Source: Phoronis australis (lineage: Eukaryota > Animalia > Phoronida). From it: a stretch of DNA of 64,000 bases. Location: positions 1,234,750 to 1,298,749 of the forward strand of contig NMRA01000031.1 of assembly GCA_002633005.1 (NCBI GenBank), read 5' to 3'. The position numbers were made by a program, and so were the translations under genes. Positions 40,901 to 55,900 of this stretch are shown piece by piece. The notes beneath the pieces were generated by a model, which was not told the DNA's origin, made no database searches, and saw only the letters and a list, made by a program, of their open reading frames with translations. Numbering within the stretch: the first letter of the stretch is position 1; each line of letters starts with the position of its first letter.

Positions 40901-43900
40901 AGTCTTGTCCATCAACAAACGGTATCCACATCTTTTCCCGCTCTGAAATCGTTTTCATCTTCCCCACAAAATGAAGCAGTTCAGAAGCCACACAATTCAG
41001 CCTTGGTTAGTGCATAAATTGATAGTACTCACCAATCACGCGCTCCGTTATGTAGGTGAGGTCAAGGTCATAATCTTCTGGTGTATGGACACCTCTAAAA
41101 ATAAACAGTTAGCAGTCTTCAAAAAAAATTTGCAATAACACGTTTAGTTCCGCCAAACATTCGTTGTTTGCCCTCACTTAAAGATGCTGTATCTCATTAA
41201 AACATCAAGTGCGTAAATTAAATTTTGATTACAAATTATGCAATGTGCTCAAGTATACCGAGCTTACTCAAGTCCAGTCGAAGTTGAAATCTTCTGCAAG
41301 TCTTGATTTCGACACTATTTTGTGCTGAAATTTGTGCAAATTTGACTACGGTGGATAAATGAACGATGCTGGCCAACAGATTGTCAGTTTGAACCTTTAC
41401 ATATTTCATGCATAAGCAGACCTCAGATTTCACTAAAGCTACAGATAGTGATTTGGCGTCACATTGACTTGATACGTGGTAAGCTATTCGGAAAAACATC
41501 GCTTGTGAATCCCAGCAGTGAATAGGAAATGTCGTCAACTCATTCTCAGATTTAGGATCAGCCAATCAAAGAAAACTCGTTCAAAGTTTAGTGAGCGCAA
41601 TTCAACATCAACCCGTTGCCACTTTCCTAGAGGTATAAGTTGTGAAGATTTATTCGTATTTCTATCAAGTATTTCTTAAAATCAGACGGGAAACGAGAAT
41701 CCCTGGAAAACGCTCACTGAACATGAGCAGACTTTGCCCTAGCACTACAGGCATGCTGATCAATTTCAGTTTTAAGACCATCGCATGATCACAATACTTA
41801 CAGAGTGCTTGACATCTAAACCAAATCTGCATAATTTCACTACTATTCCAATCAACATGTTTGCAGTTTCCATAATGTGTAAGCGTTAGATGTTTCATTT
41901 CCTGATTATAATTTTGACACGCAATTCTCCAAGGATTGGTATCTTGGGCAGCATTTTCCCTAAACTGTATAGCCAACTAAGAGTACACGCAGTGGTAGAT
42001 GAATTCATCAGAGGATACCCGAGCACTGACCATATATGGGGGAAAGAGATAGGAGTCGGATAGGTTGATGAAACGAACAGTTGTGCATGAAAAACTCTGA
42101 GATGGCTGAGTAAATTTAATTACCCATTTCCTACATGCCAAGAGTGGCCTCACTACAAGCAACAGTGCTGCAGTGGTGTAGGTCTTAAATCACTCCATAT
42201 GACCATGCAGCAATAGCTTGAAATTAGCTGGTTCAGTTGCCAACCCCCAACTTAGGAGAAGATAGGCTGGACACTGTAGGGAATGCTGAGTGTTAGACCA
42301 TAGAGGTAAAAAATGAAGTTGCCGTGGGAGGTCACTGTGGGAGGTCACTGAAGGAGGTCACTGTGGGAGGTCACTGTGGGAGGTCACCGTGGGAGGTCAT
42401 AATGGGGTCAAATGAGGTCAAAGTGACAGTAAGAGAGCCTCAGGCGCACATCAGGGAACACTTAGCAGGCAATTGATGGAGACAAGAGGAAGACACCTTA
42501 TACCCACTAACCATGGAATGAATCAGATATTGTAAATAATGTCTACAAACAGGAAATAGCAGCACTTACTTGGTGTCCATGTTGTAGCTGATAGTTGACA
42601 TGTTGGAAGTGGTTTGATCAGTGGCTGGCTGTAACAAACACTTGAATTTTACAGGTCTCTACAATAAACCATCAAAGCTAGTACACACCCATCTTAGTCT
42701 TGGCATCAGTTGTTTACAATTTCATCTACACTGCAATTCGTATTCAACAGGACTGGACAATATGGTAAACAAATAAGTTGAGATAGCTGTATGTGTGTAA
42801 AGCCCGGTGTGCCCTTATGCAAAATAATGCACTTTTTCAAGGAATTTGTTTTACTTGAGTTTTGCAAGTATTGGTGCATGCTTCACTTATACAGGCAGAT
42901 ATACTTCATTTAGCAGCCAATGAATACACAGCAACATCCACCATTTTGTAACAGATACGTCAAGATTCACTCGCTTGGAATTTGAAAATGTTCAGTTTGA
43001 ATCTAAGCCCAGATACGCGCAGACGTGGTGAGCAGCCTTAAGAGCCATCCTGTCACACTGACTTACCCCAGAACAAGTTACTCTTGGAATGAGTTGTCGG
43101 TAGGTTGGGTAGGTGTCTGGAGGCTATTTAAACTAGTGCAACTTGCCCCACTTGTGACAACTTACTCCAAATTATCGAGGGTAACTTGTTCTACGGTAAC
43201 TTGTGCCATCTACATATTTCATTGAAGACACGACTTTGATCTGTTTTTACTAGTTAAATTTCAGTTCTTTCCAACTCTCAAAATAGAGATCTTGTCTTTA
43301 CATCACAACAGTGCAATAAAAATCCAAACATCAGTACGTAACATAATTTAAAAAGCGATATTTCGAGACACATACCTCATCTTCAGGCTACTATTTACAA
43401 CTAGTTCACAGTGAAACGCACATCATAAATGACAAATGTAATACAACACGTGGATCTCTATTTAGAGAGTTGGAAAGAACTGAAATTAAAGTAGTAAAAA
43501 CAGATCAAAATCGTGTCTTCAATGAAATATACATATACATAGATTTTGGGTATTTTCCATGAACTTCCCACCATTTTGCAAAGGTCTGCATATGCAGAGC
43601 GACAGCTTCCACCTTGTGCCAGTTATTGCATATATATATGTGCGTGGACGCTCTGCTTGAAGTTGTTGCTGGGTAAACATGTGTGTGAATCCATGAAACT
43701 TTAAACATGGACCTTGTCAAGAAAAATTCTGCATAACAGTCCCGGAGTGATGACATAAATTAACAGACAGTTGTGCTTGATCAATAATCAATAATCAATA
43801 TGATCAATAATCAATAACCAATCAAAGTCATTTCTATCTCATCGGTTCACACATTTCAAAGTTATTCCATAATATGATTTCAATCTCAAAAAGCAATATT

Positions 43901-46900
43901 CGAGGCATGATTCTATGCACGAAGACATAAATGGAATTGTAGATTTCAAACTCGGTCGTTCATTCCACAACTAGAATGCACAATAAGAGTGCGTCCATAT
44001 CATCTTGTGACCTTGACAACGACCTTGGCACACATCTTGATAAATGGGATTGGGAGGACTGGAAACCGGTGCCTCGACACAGCCTAAGGTGTTATTCAGA
44101 TTGTACAGTGCTTATCTTTTTCTCCATTTTTGAGATTTAACCGAGATTTACGTTTGTTTGACAGGGCCTTCAAAAGAGCGAGAGGAGTCTGATGAGGTAT
44201 ATAAGATGTTAACATACCAGTTTTTTAACAGGTGGAGCTGTTATGATTTCATGAGTCTCCTGAAACAACAAAGGACACCGGTTAATAAAGGAACCGGGAC
44301 TTTGTATTTCATACATTTATTCCAATTTATAACGAACTAAGAAGGGAAACAAAGCTAATTTTGTAAACACACGCACACACTGAAAGATGATTACGTACCA
44401 GTTTTTTGATAGGTGGAGCTCTTATGATTTCATGAGAGTCCTAAAACAGCAAAGGAAGCTAAATTGTTAACCAACTACAATGTTTAATTCAATAAATTTA
44501 TTCAAATTAGTAATCAAATCCCACATAACCTCGAGTAGTTTTTATGCCAAATTAAAGTAAATATATCATTCAATAACAATGTTGGAGTTAAATGCATTTG
44601 AAAACATTTCATAAATAAAACAGGACTATATTTCGTACAGCCTAGTTCTGGTAGGCCGGAGTTTTGAGTTATAGGAAGGCGACATATAAAAGCGTTAAGG
44701 ATATCTCAAACCTTATTCACAAAAGTTGGCCATTTAGACAATATTTCACATGCGTCTAACAAAATATCTTATCTTCATTCTCGGGAAACTTCAAACAGGA
44801 AATATATACCATGTAGCGAGAAAAGAAGATTTAGCAGAATCACCTTGGAACTGCACAACCGCGAGGAAATAAGTTTACTAGTACTAATCCGAGGTCAAAG
44901 GTTACGGGGCTGTCACTCAAATCGAATCTCCATCTCTTTTGTCCGAAATTTGTGAGATATTAGCGTAAAGTAAAATGTAACACCTAGAGCATCTCCCACT
45001 ACCCGCAACATAACAGTGTGTACTATACCTTATTTTGAGCAGAAGCAGTCTTACAGCATGACTGGCTCACCTGTAAACAAAAACAACAACAGCGTTAGGT
45101 TTTAACAAAACAGGCTGCAGCGTCACAGGTGCGTTAATAGTGCTGTTCCCATGCGAATTACAGTTGAAGTAATCACGTTATTTTTTCTTCTAAAATTTTA
45201 ATAGGAAAAATTTTAGCATTAGGACATGACTTACTTCGTATTCTGAGTTCCAACAAATTTTCCCGGTTTACGGTAATAACAGGAAATTTTATTGATGAGT
45301 TATCACGGTAAACTGCTTACTTAAGAATTGATGCCTGCGAATAGGAATGACAAAACACTGGTATTCCGGCAGTCATGAGGAATCCGTGGGGGACTTAATC
45401 CAGTTAATTTTTAGTGAAATATTTCTGGCGTTTCGAAATACATAGCTAATGATTGAGTACCGTCTTGAACAAAAAATACAGGGACCTCATAGAGAATAGA
45501 TAATTACAAAAGGTAAAGTTACCTTAAAAATTCAAAAAATATTGCAAAAATGACATTTTTCAAAGTCTAACATTGTTGCTAAGAGTGACGAATGATCACA
45601 ACTTCATCGAACCCTGATGACTGCTGTACAAACAGTACTGAAATCAAGCTTTTTTAACTTATTTTTATCGAGAAATTTGAAAATTAAAGTAAATTCTACT
45701 GTGACAATGTATTGTAGACTGCATAAGCTTTACCAGTAAAGCCTAGTAACATAAATGTCTTTATGCAAAGAATGCTTGTGGGTCCTAGACCAGGAAAAGA
45801 CTTCCTAGCAATCAAATACCCGAAACAATATACATCTGGTAAGCAAACCACAAAATGCCAGGAAAAATCTTAATCCACTGGAATCCTAATTATTTATAGT
45901 AAAAGTGACTCCACAGGAAGATGAAGCCAAAGAAAAATTGAATTAATGATGAACAGAGCTGGGGATTGAATGTGAGCCAAGACCAAGGTTTTGAGCAGAT
46001 GATGTACCAAGCTTTAGGCAGACAACGCACACAGGAGCAGACGGCACTGAGCTGAGCAGACGCAGCAAGTGAGTAACAGGTCATTAGTCATTCCAAGAGA
46101 GGCTGCCAACTTGGGAATCAACACTACCGCCTCATCAGAGAATCATCACACAGATACCAGGTTAAAACTTGATGTATTTCACACATGCTTCCACAAACTC
46201 AAGCTTTCAATCTTTTATCATACTAACACATTCTCCAGTTGTTCTAGCTACAGACCTAGTCGCTATAATAACTTGTACAGACGTATCTATGTTGCAATGC
46301 TATTTTCGACAAAATATCTACTGATACTCTACTTCATTGTTGTCAAAGATGTCTAAATTACAATTGTCGCTAACAGCATTTGATACAATTCTAAGTATTT
46401 GCTGAACGTGGTTAATTTTTCAAAAATTAAACTGGCTATAAATTTGTCATAAATTAAGAACTTTTTCTGTAGATAAAAAAGCCAAAAACGAATGTTTTTA
46501 TTTTCTACACAAGCACAACAGCTAGAATATTATACCTGGTGATTACCAATATAGAAACAAGTAATGACTACATTCTAATGCCTATTCTGGTTCCCATAAA
46601 TGATGAAAATGATATTCCTAAAAACTGTTGAGGTCTTCTATTGAAATAATGAATGACAAGATACAAATGTATATAAACTTGAAAAAAACACAAAAAGCCA
46701 CACAAAGCAAATCCCACAATTCTGCTCATGAATAACCACCACAGCTCCACAAGAACACCTCAAATATTGACATATTGAATCACTATTCCTGCTAGATATG
46801 TGAGCATTTCTTGTTGCCTGGGAGAAAAATATTGTGAGTATTTGACATAAGCCAATCAAAATAGTCTAAATAACAAAAATTAAGAATACCATGAAGATGT

Positions 46901-49900
46901 AGAGTATGGTCAGTCAAACACTCAACCTGAGAACGCTGTTAGAAGAATACATACATAGTTAGTGGAGTTTCAGTTACACCACCAAGGTGAAGTGCTTTTC
47001 CAGGCAGTCCAGTGATTCAGTCTCTGTACTAGAATACTGTATCTCCCTCAATAGTTTTGAAAAATGATATAATAGTGAAATCCTATAATGTAGCTTTCCT
47101 CAAGACAGCCAATGCAGTCACACTTCAGCAGAGTAAGCCGAACAATTAGGGAAACGCCGAGGAATAACATTTCTTTACAAAGTGTAACAGATAGTTGATG
47201 TAGTCTCTCAGCACACACCATCTCCACATGATAACAAACAGTGTTATTTTAGAGTAAAGAACAGGCTAATAAAAACTGAAACACAGAAACTAAAGGCAGA
47301 ATTCAAGAGAGCAAGAGGTACACTCACTCCAAAGCTATGCATTGGTTTGATGGAGTATCAAGTTGTGACCATGGGTCTCAGAATGCAGCCTACTATTCAC
47401 TCTCGACCTTTGAGTCATGTCCGGCCAACCATATCCACAGATGATATATCACAAACACCAGTAATCATTAACCGCGCTTGACTGACCAGTCACCTGGTGT
47501 CTATTCATGTCTCACCTGAGACCTACCAACCAGGTGAGGTATGGGGTCATATTCACCTTACAGTACACCAACCTACACACATTCCCACACCGTGACGTCC
47601 AGGTGAGAAGAGCTCATCTCTCCACACAGCAGTCTACATTGAGCCATATCTTCAGGCCTGGGAAACAGTCTCACGTACACCACCAATCACGCAGACCTGC
47701 CACAAATACTCACATCCCACGTTGATTCCACAACTCTGCATACTTGTTGCTGTGCAATACGACAACGTACTCACTTGACTACTAAAGCATTTACACCTAC
47801 ACGTGGACTACATAAGATCTGCTACAGCTTTGTTATTTTTAGACATAAAAGTAAATTTATCTCAAGTTAGAAATCGCACGTGACATTTTGAAGCAACTGA
47901 AATTTTGAACACTTTGAAATGTTAAGTAAAGTGTGTAAACTTAGGGAAACTTTGAAAAGAGAAAATGCATGCCATAAATCAAAAATACGTTGACAGTTCA
48001 GTTTTTAGGAAAAATACAACCCTTCCGGCTGAGTAGTCCACCAAAAATGCAGGCAGTTTACTTTAACTCCATGCACCAATGCAAAAATACATTTCAAAAG
48101 CATTAGCATTCCAGTCTGTCATCTGGGAAATTAGTGTACAGATAATCTAACTCCAGCTAGATATATAAAATATATATTCATGAACAGTACACCAACAGGG
48201 ATACTGGAACATGACAACATGGTGTCTAATAAAAAGATGGTCACCTGCAGTATGAAGTTAACTGTACACCTGTAGTTAGTCTAGTGTCAAGCGAGTGATG
48301 ACCAGCTAACAGTAGATGGTGGGAACCAGGGCAGCAAGGACCAGATGTGGTGTATCAACATGTGAGGACACTCTGGGGATACATGTCAAATGAGCTCAAA
48401 AGTGGGAGTTGTCTCACTCAACTACTGTACAAATAAAGAGAGCATGGACACTTGAGCTGATGCCGAAATGTGATCTTCACAAATGACCTGTTGCTGGGGG
48501 GTATTATCAAGCACTCCAAACCACAGTTTGGCCCAGTCAACAATTTTCGCTGACAATTTTCTCTTGCATTTGAGAAGAGAATAAAATGTGTGACAAGGCT
48601 ATAGGAGGGCAGGAACACCGAAACTGCAAGAACAGCACACGAGAATGAAAATATTTTGGAATAATGTTTGGAGCTGATGGGTGATACCAACGACATAAAT
48701 AATATTCTCGCTAAATGCAAATTCCCTTTGTTAACAACATCACTACGATTCAAAACTATAAGATATTTGTGAAAACCAAAAACTGCTTTATTTTGATGAT
48801 CCTAAGTAACAATTAAGACATACCATCCTAATCCATTGCATAAACAAAAGATTGAGGATCTATTCTGGAGCAGAAACAGCAATGTCGCTGTGTTGTGTGT
48901 GTGTGTGTGTGTACACTGTTTCTATCACATAAGAAGCACTTACAACTTACAAGGGAGACAGTTGTCACGGAGCAACCAACACGGAGCAGCTGATCGGGCG
49001 CAAGCATGTGTGTACACACAACTGACACGGAGCAAGTTGACACTACGGAGACCATTTTTGACAACGGTTTGAGAGGTAGAGCGAGTTGCACTAGATCGGT
49101 TGCTCTAGTTCCAACTATACGTCTAAACACAACTGGGACAGGGTGGAAAGGGATTATCTGTCAATGCGCTTGTGCAATAGCGTATATACGGGTGATCCGC
49201 TGGTATTTTGGATGTTCACTTTTGTTTATGCGAGCATGCACAGTACTTGCGTAAATGACTCGCGCTGATCCAGTTTACAATCTGATGTTGTGTAAATGCA
49301 ACTGAAGTGGAGCAAGATGCGCCGTGACAACTCGCACCGTGTCAACTCGCACCATGACAACTCGCACCGTGTCAACTGTTCCCCGTGTAAAGACAGCTAT
49401 AGATTAAACCCATGACAAGTCTACAGTTCCATCAAAGCGCGATCCCCATGGTATACCGATCACTATCTACCCAATGGTATGGACGTGTGTGTTAAAATCA
49501 GCACATGTCGCATTACTCTCCAAAAGCCACATAGATTCTCACCATGATACACATCTTCTAGCCTCAAGTTATAGTTCTAGCCTCAAGTTATAGTACTATC
49601 TTGATTACTATGTGTATAGTGAGTCAGGGATCACTCAGAAGAACTACAAGTTTGTGTCGGTTGTGAAACAAGTAAATGACAGGAATAAAAAGACACGTTC
49701 GACACAAAAAGACAACCCAATCAGTCCTACGAAGAACAAACTAGAGGGGCGCTGTCGCCAATACCAGATCATGAGAGGAGGTCCAACTCTTCCATCCAGA
49801 CACAAGACACAGTTTCTCCATGGAGCACAGGTCAACAACTGCAAACTGCTGTTAAAAGCTCCAACAAACAGCCCCAATGAATGCAATAACAAGTGAAGAG

Positions 49901-52900
49901 TTGTAATCTTGTTAACAGAATTCTCTCCTCTTCTGGGACTAATCACGGAGATGGAATGATTACTAGCTGCTCTTCTGGATCTAATAAATTCTGGGAACTC
50001 TTTTTCAGAGCGAAACAGATTCTTGGCTAAACTGCTCCTCCTGTAGACAATATGGCAGTATGCGTGCTGTCTAAACAGCCGCTGTTTTTAACACTGACAA
50101 TTTCATATGATGACAAACAGGTCAGGATGGGAAGCCATCGGAAGACGGTCGCACAAACTGTTGGGGATGTAGAGTAGAAACCAGTCAAACGGAAAATATT
50201 TTTAGTTTGTAGAAGTTTTAAAACCGAAATTTCGGTAACAACCCATAACAATTCGCAATGCAACCATGAATTTGTTGAATGTCCAATCTTGATCTAAGTC
50301 AGATTTACAGGAGGAGCTACAATAGAAAAAGCAAGGCAAAAACCCATGCACATGTGGTTTCAATACGAGTGACCTCTCAACTGGTACACACAAGAGATGA
50401 ACAATAAGCTAGCTTCAGAAAACTGACTGAATGCTGATCACCTGTCACGGTATTCATAGCAATACAAGAACGTCAAAACGAATACAACGTAATCCACAAC
50501 TACTACACAGACACCAGTTTACACACTCTCTCAATCAATGAATACACGCCACAGAACAACTTGCGAAGGCCTGAATTTTTGTTTGAGTTTTGTTGTAAAT
50601 AAACTATCAGCCTCAAGCAATACAACATAGCACAAGGATGAGACCTAGAAAGGTTGACCTCAAATATGTACTTCGGGGCTATCGAGAAAAAGGTGAACCA
50701 AAAATAAAGCAGTGATGTGACCCAAAATTGCTCAATCGGCCATGTTTATTGACTAACATTGTGTAAATTAGCGGGAACAATACAAAAGTGGGGTGTAAAT
50801 AAAACAGTACATACCACAGCCTATCTCTGCTCCTTCACTCCCAGGTTCTCCACTTAAAAAACGTAAATTCCTTGATAAAAAATAAAGCCAACAAACTACA
50901 GACCAGGGGAAATAAAAGAGCTGTTTGGAGCAGCGACTGTTTACAGCTGGCCTCGGAGAGTGTGCTTTATAAGGCAAGGCTGCATATCAAGTTGCATTCC
51001 ACAAATGGCAGGCTGACATGCAGGAGAAGTCACATCACAGCCAAGGGGAGGCGTGGGGTTCCCAACAGGGCTTCAACAGCAGCACTTGAACTGGCAGCAG
51101 TTGAACTGGCTTTGATGTGTGCAGCAAATTTGAACAGATAGATGTTGGATGAGCTGTCAGAGTGACTGATTGATGAGTGGAAAGGACATAAAATTACTAT
51201 TGCAATGACTGCAGCAGCGCTGGCTGACTGAAGCTGAATATGTCTGGGTTCATGACAGGGGTCAAGTAATTCACTGATAACTTGGTTCCAGTCAGAGACC
51301 TCTTTCAGGATAGATTCAAGGTAAACTTGACTTCATCAACACAATGAATTGGGAGTGAGCAACAGAAAAGTAACAGAGAATCCAGCATCCAGTTCACAGG
51401 GAGTATACAACTTTGGACACCTTTAAACAGGGGGGAGGTGGAGGGGCACAAGGCGCTACAGATTTAAGAAATTTATGACATGGTAATATACCTACAAACA
51501 CAAGATGACTAAACAGCATTTTTTTTTTCACAAATTTTGTGTTCCAACTGCTGGGAATGCAGCGCAAACAATGCCATATACCATCATTGGTAAGCTAAAT
51601 AGTCACTTTCAAATGTAAAACTGTACCCAACTAAACAGGAACACCCCTTCCCTATCTCAATAAGATCCTCCTTCCCCAGGCAACAGATAATTTTGAAAGA
51701 CGAATGTATAGCACTCCATTATTTGTCAAGAGTGCACTGTAACTTAAGGCATGTAAACTCAAATAGTGACAAATAAAACTAATATTTTTAAAAATAGTGC
51801 GTGTTTAGGTAGCGGGACTGCCCGCTGTTATGACATACAATCTAAAGGTCACAGCTTTGTGACAGTCTTGCCTTGAAGGATACTTGCACTAAAACCATAA
51901 CAAGTACAGTAATTTCAAGGTTATACTTTCACAGCACCCCAGAAAAAGCCCGAGTTTGGCATACTTCTAAACATCATACCTCAGAAACGGCTGATTGGAT
52001 TCGTATGAAACTTTCCGATACTATGATTTATACACTGTTCTCAGTGTGGAATTGTCTTTGGATTGAACCTTTTCTGCATGAGGGGCTATCCGAAAGGACA
52101 ATTATGATTTTTATGAAAAAAAATAAGTTACCTAAAACAAATTGATATTTCACCATGAAACTTATATCAAATTGAATTGGGAAAAGTTATTGATATCATT
52201 GTCTCGTTATGATTGTACCAATCTTTGTGCTATGTGCTAAGTTTTTCTAAAAGGACATGGACGCAGGACACAATCAAGGGTAGACTGGTATGAACATCAA
52301 ATTCTACTGGCTTTCTACTTTCAGGAAATAATCTGTTTTATTCCAGAGCTTTGAACATATTTTGCGGAATTCACACACTTGCCGATTGGTTAATATAAGA
52401 CCCTACAAAGACGTCCAAATTTGACTAAGTTCAGAACATCATATCTCATAACTGGCAGATTGGAGGAAACCTTCAGACAATACACCTTGTACACCTTTAC
52501 TAAAAAAAACGTTGCAAAAATTGTTTTAAAGTGCCCCACTTTTGTATGAGGAGCATTTTGTAGATAGACACAGACTTGTTGATAAGGTCCTGAATAACCT
52601 TAACCACATGTAAAGATCTTGTTATGTGTAACACCTGTGAGAGATTTAACAGCGCTTTGGAAACAACCCTGCAGATTTATGAATTAACTGACTACAGCAC
52701 CAGGAAAACCTCAAGAATACTAAAACTAGGAAGACGTAGTTGGTAGTGTCTGTCTGTGCGCACTTATTATCACTGATACGTGCTGAGGAGAGGCAAAAAA
52801 TGACAGCAAATAGAACAAACTCTTCCTAGTACAGACAGCACTTGTTACAGAATTCACAAAAACTGGTTGCCAAGTCAACGTTGTGAATCTTAATTCCTGC

Positions 52901-55900
52901 TTTCAACCATAAAGCATAAAAAATAAAAAAAAGAACGCGGAACTTTGATATTCGTCCACAGCAGTAGTCCAAGTAGCCAATACTCATAATCATTCTTAGA
53001 GTGGATTTGACTAAAAACAGCAATGAAAATGGCTACTAGGTGGTGCAAAATACATCAAATCCGTCTGAAACATTAAGGCGGTATAGTCACAGTAATACAT
53101 ACGTATTTGTCAAATTTCATGAACATCTATCAGGGCACTATGAAGATGCAGAGACAAACGTTAAAAACAAAATTGACCCGGTAATCACATCCATTCGAAA
53201 TGCACCCACGCCGCCCTACCCAAGAAAGGAACATATCTGCAAAATTTCATAAACATCAATCCAGGAGTTTTAAGAGTCGCAGCGGCGGACAATGGATGCT
53301 AAACAGACAGGTATGACGGCATAACGCACCAACACATAAAAATGTGGGTGCATAAAAAAGCCGTGGCCATTACATATTATGAGACCACTAAGGGACAGCA
53401 TACTTGATCTAAAACAGATGTATCAAAATAATGTGACCCCAGATCTGAACTCTTACTCAAGAAAAACTTGGCACCCTTACAGAAAACACTTGCCAAATAC
53501 CGTAATGAAATGCAGCATTTGCGATTGGTTAAGAACGTGCGGCAACCAACTGTTTCACCACTCTAGATCATTTTCATGAAAACGATGGAGTCATATCATT
53601 TAAAACATATTAAGTGTAAATTGCAAGTAAATGAAATGAAAATATGTAACAGGTTTGAATCTGTCTGGATCACCAAACCAGGGAGAAAACAGACAGAAAA
53701 AATCATGACACTAAACCAGAGCCAAGAGTGGGATTGAAAATTATGTCAGATTCCTGATATGCCAGGCACTGCCCTAGCTTTCTTTACGTAGCATACATTT
53801 TAAATGAAAGTAGAACAACATGAGTCTGTAGAAAGCTGGGGTTCAGCTGAATATGTCGGCGCCTTCAATAATTTTTACCTTCCTAAACGCTTGCAAAGTT
53901 AAGGTTAAGACCTGTTGAAACCGTGTAAATTGGGCGATTCTTTGGTATTTTTGCACAAACATAATTGCCAAAAATGTTGCGTTTCCATTCTTGAAATTCT
54001 GAGAAACATTCTTGAAACAAGTAGCTAATTTTCGCTTGCTTCATGGCAGCCGTGCAGTCAATAAAACGAAACTTTCTTAGTGCTTGATTTTGTAAAGAAA
54101 TTTAAATTTCAAAAAAATATAATTCCATATTGCCACATCGTGTGTAGAAACAACAATCTTACTTGTTGGCACAGAGCTAAACAGCCGTCCACATGGAATC
54201 ACCCCGGGGTACTTTTCAAAGACCACATTTTGTTGGTAGTGGTATCGTGATTACGTTAAGTACAAAATCCACGTGAAATTTGACTGCCAGACGTGATGAT
54301 GGCATCGTCATGATGTTCCATACTGTTATGAAAATGGGATCAAATTAGTCCTCAGTCAAATTGGAAGGGATTTCAGTGCTTTGACAAAACTGACAGTTTA
54401 TTGTTGGTCTAGACAAGGCGCAACAAGTCGGCTCGTTATGTGCAGAGCATAGTGTCAAGGAATAACTATCGGTTCTTCGCAAACTCAGGAATCACTTCCC
54501 ATCTGATAAAGAAAACAATTGAGGCCAATTTCATAGCTGTAAGTTGTCCAAATCAAAAGTTCACTACTAGACGTTTTGAGAGACGCTGATGCAATATTTA
54601 GTTATCTCAACGGGCCATAAGGAAGTTAAAATGCCAATGTTAAAAATGAATCCAGTTTAAAATAATGGCAAAATGAAATAGCTCAGAAATGATTCAAGCT
54701 TAGACTCTGTGGGGTATTGTAAGCTGGCACATGTGGGCAATAACTCCAAACAATAACACAGCCCCTCTACATCACAATGTTACATCAGAAGTAAAGCCAG
54801 ACACTCACCTCATGTTCACAACCTTCATGGCAGACAAAATCACACGCTGAAACAAAATAGAAATGACTAGATTAAAAAATTGAGATCAAAACAGCCTGAT
54901 GGATGATAATAATTCTCACTTAATGCGATTTTAATGACATAAATGATTTACAGAAACCAGTCAGTGCATAGCCGCTCAGTATGTACTTTAAGCCTATTAG
55001 AGCCAGAGAATGTGCTCGACACAATCATACACATGTAACAATGAGCAGAGAACAGAGAGGAAATGCAGTAGACCACGGTAAAAACCCTCCCATTGATTCA
55101 CCCTGAAGTTATTGGCGTTAACTCCAATTGACTTCCTCTAAATGTTAAGTTGTGGACACCATGGACCTCAGTGGTTATGTTCGACGTCAATTTCATAACT
55201 GTAATAACTATTCTGAGGAAGAAAGCTTAAGACGGAAGAGCTCTGACATTTGCCATCAAAGAGTTTTCTGAACAAGGAAAAATGATAGGCTTGACATCCT
55301 TCATGCTCAACCACAAATAGAATAAAGTACAGTGGAATCAATCTAACCAATTGACGTAGGACGCAATATGGCGGAGAAGTGAAATTTAATTTTTTTCATA
55401 ACAGTTTCGTGACATCAAAAATACTTCATCTCTTAAGTTAGTTGATAATTGTTTCTGTATGAAATTAAGAAATTTTTACCGCATTAGGGTAAAACGGTCA
55501 ATTACTCCCACTTAATACATGATGGTAAAACGCCACAAGATCCTGTTGAATACATCCAGACAGGATCATTGCAAGCCATGCAAAAGGGTACATGATGGTA
55601 AAACACCACAAGATCCTGTTGAATACATCCAGACAGGATCACTCCAAGCCATGCAAAAGGGTACATGATGGTAAAACACCACAAGATCCTGTTGAATACA
55701 TCCAGACAGGATCACTCCAAGCCATGCAAAAGGGTACATGATGGTAAAACACCACAAGATCCTGTTCAATACATCCAGACAGGATCATAGCAAGCCATGC
55801 AAAATGGAAGGTAGTTGAGAAAGTCAAGTCAAGTCGACCTTCGCCAAGATTTTCAATCTCCAGGCGACAAATGTGATTTGCTCCCAATTTTTATTATCCA

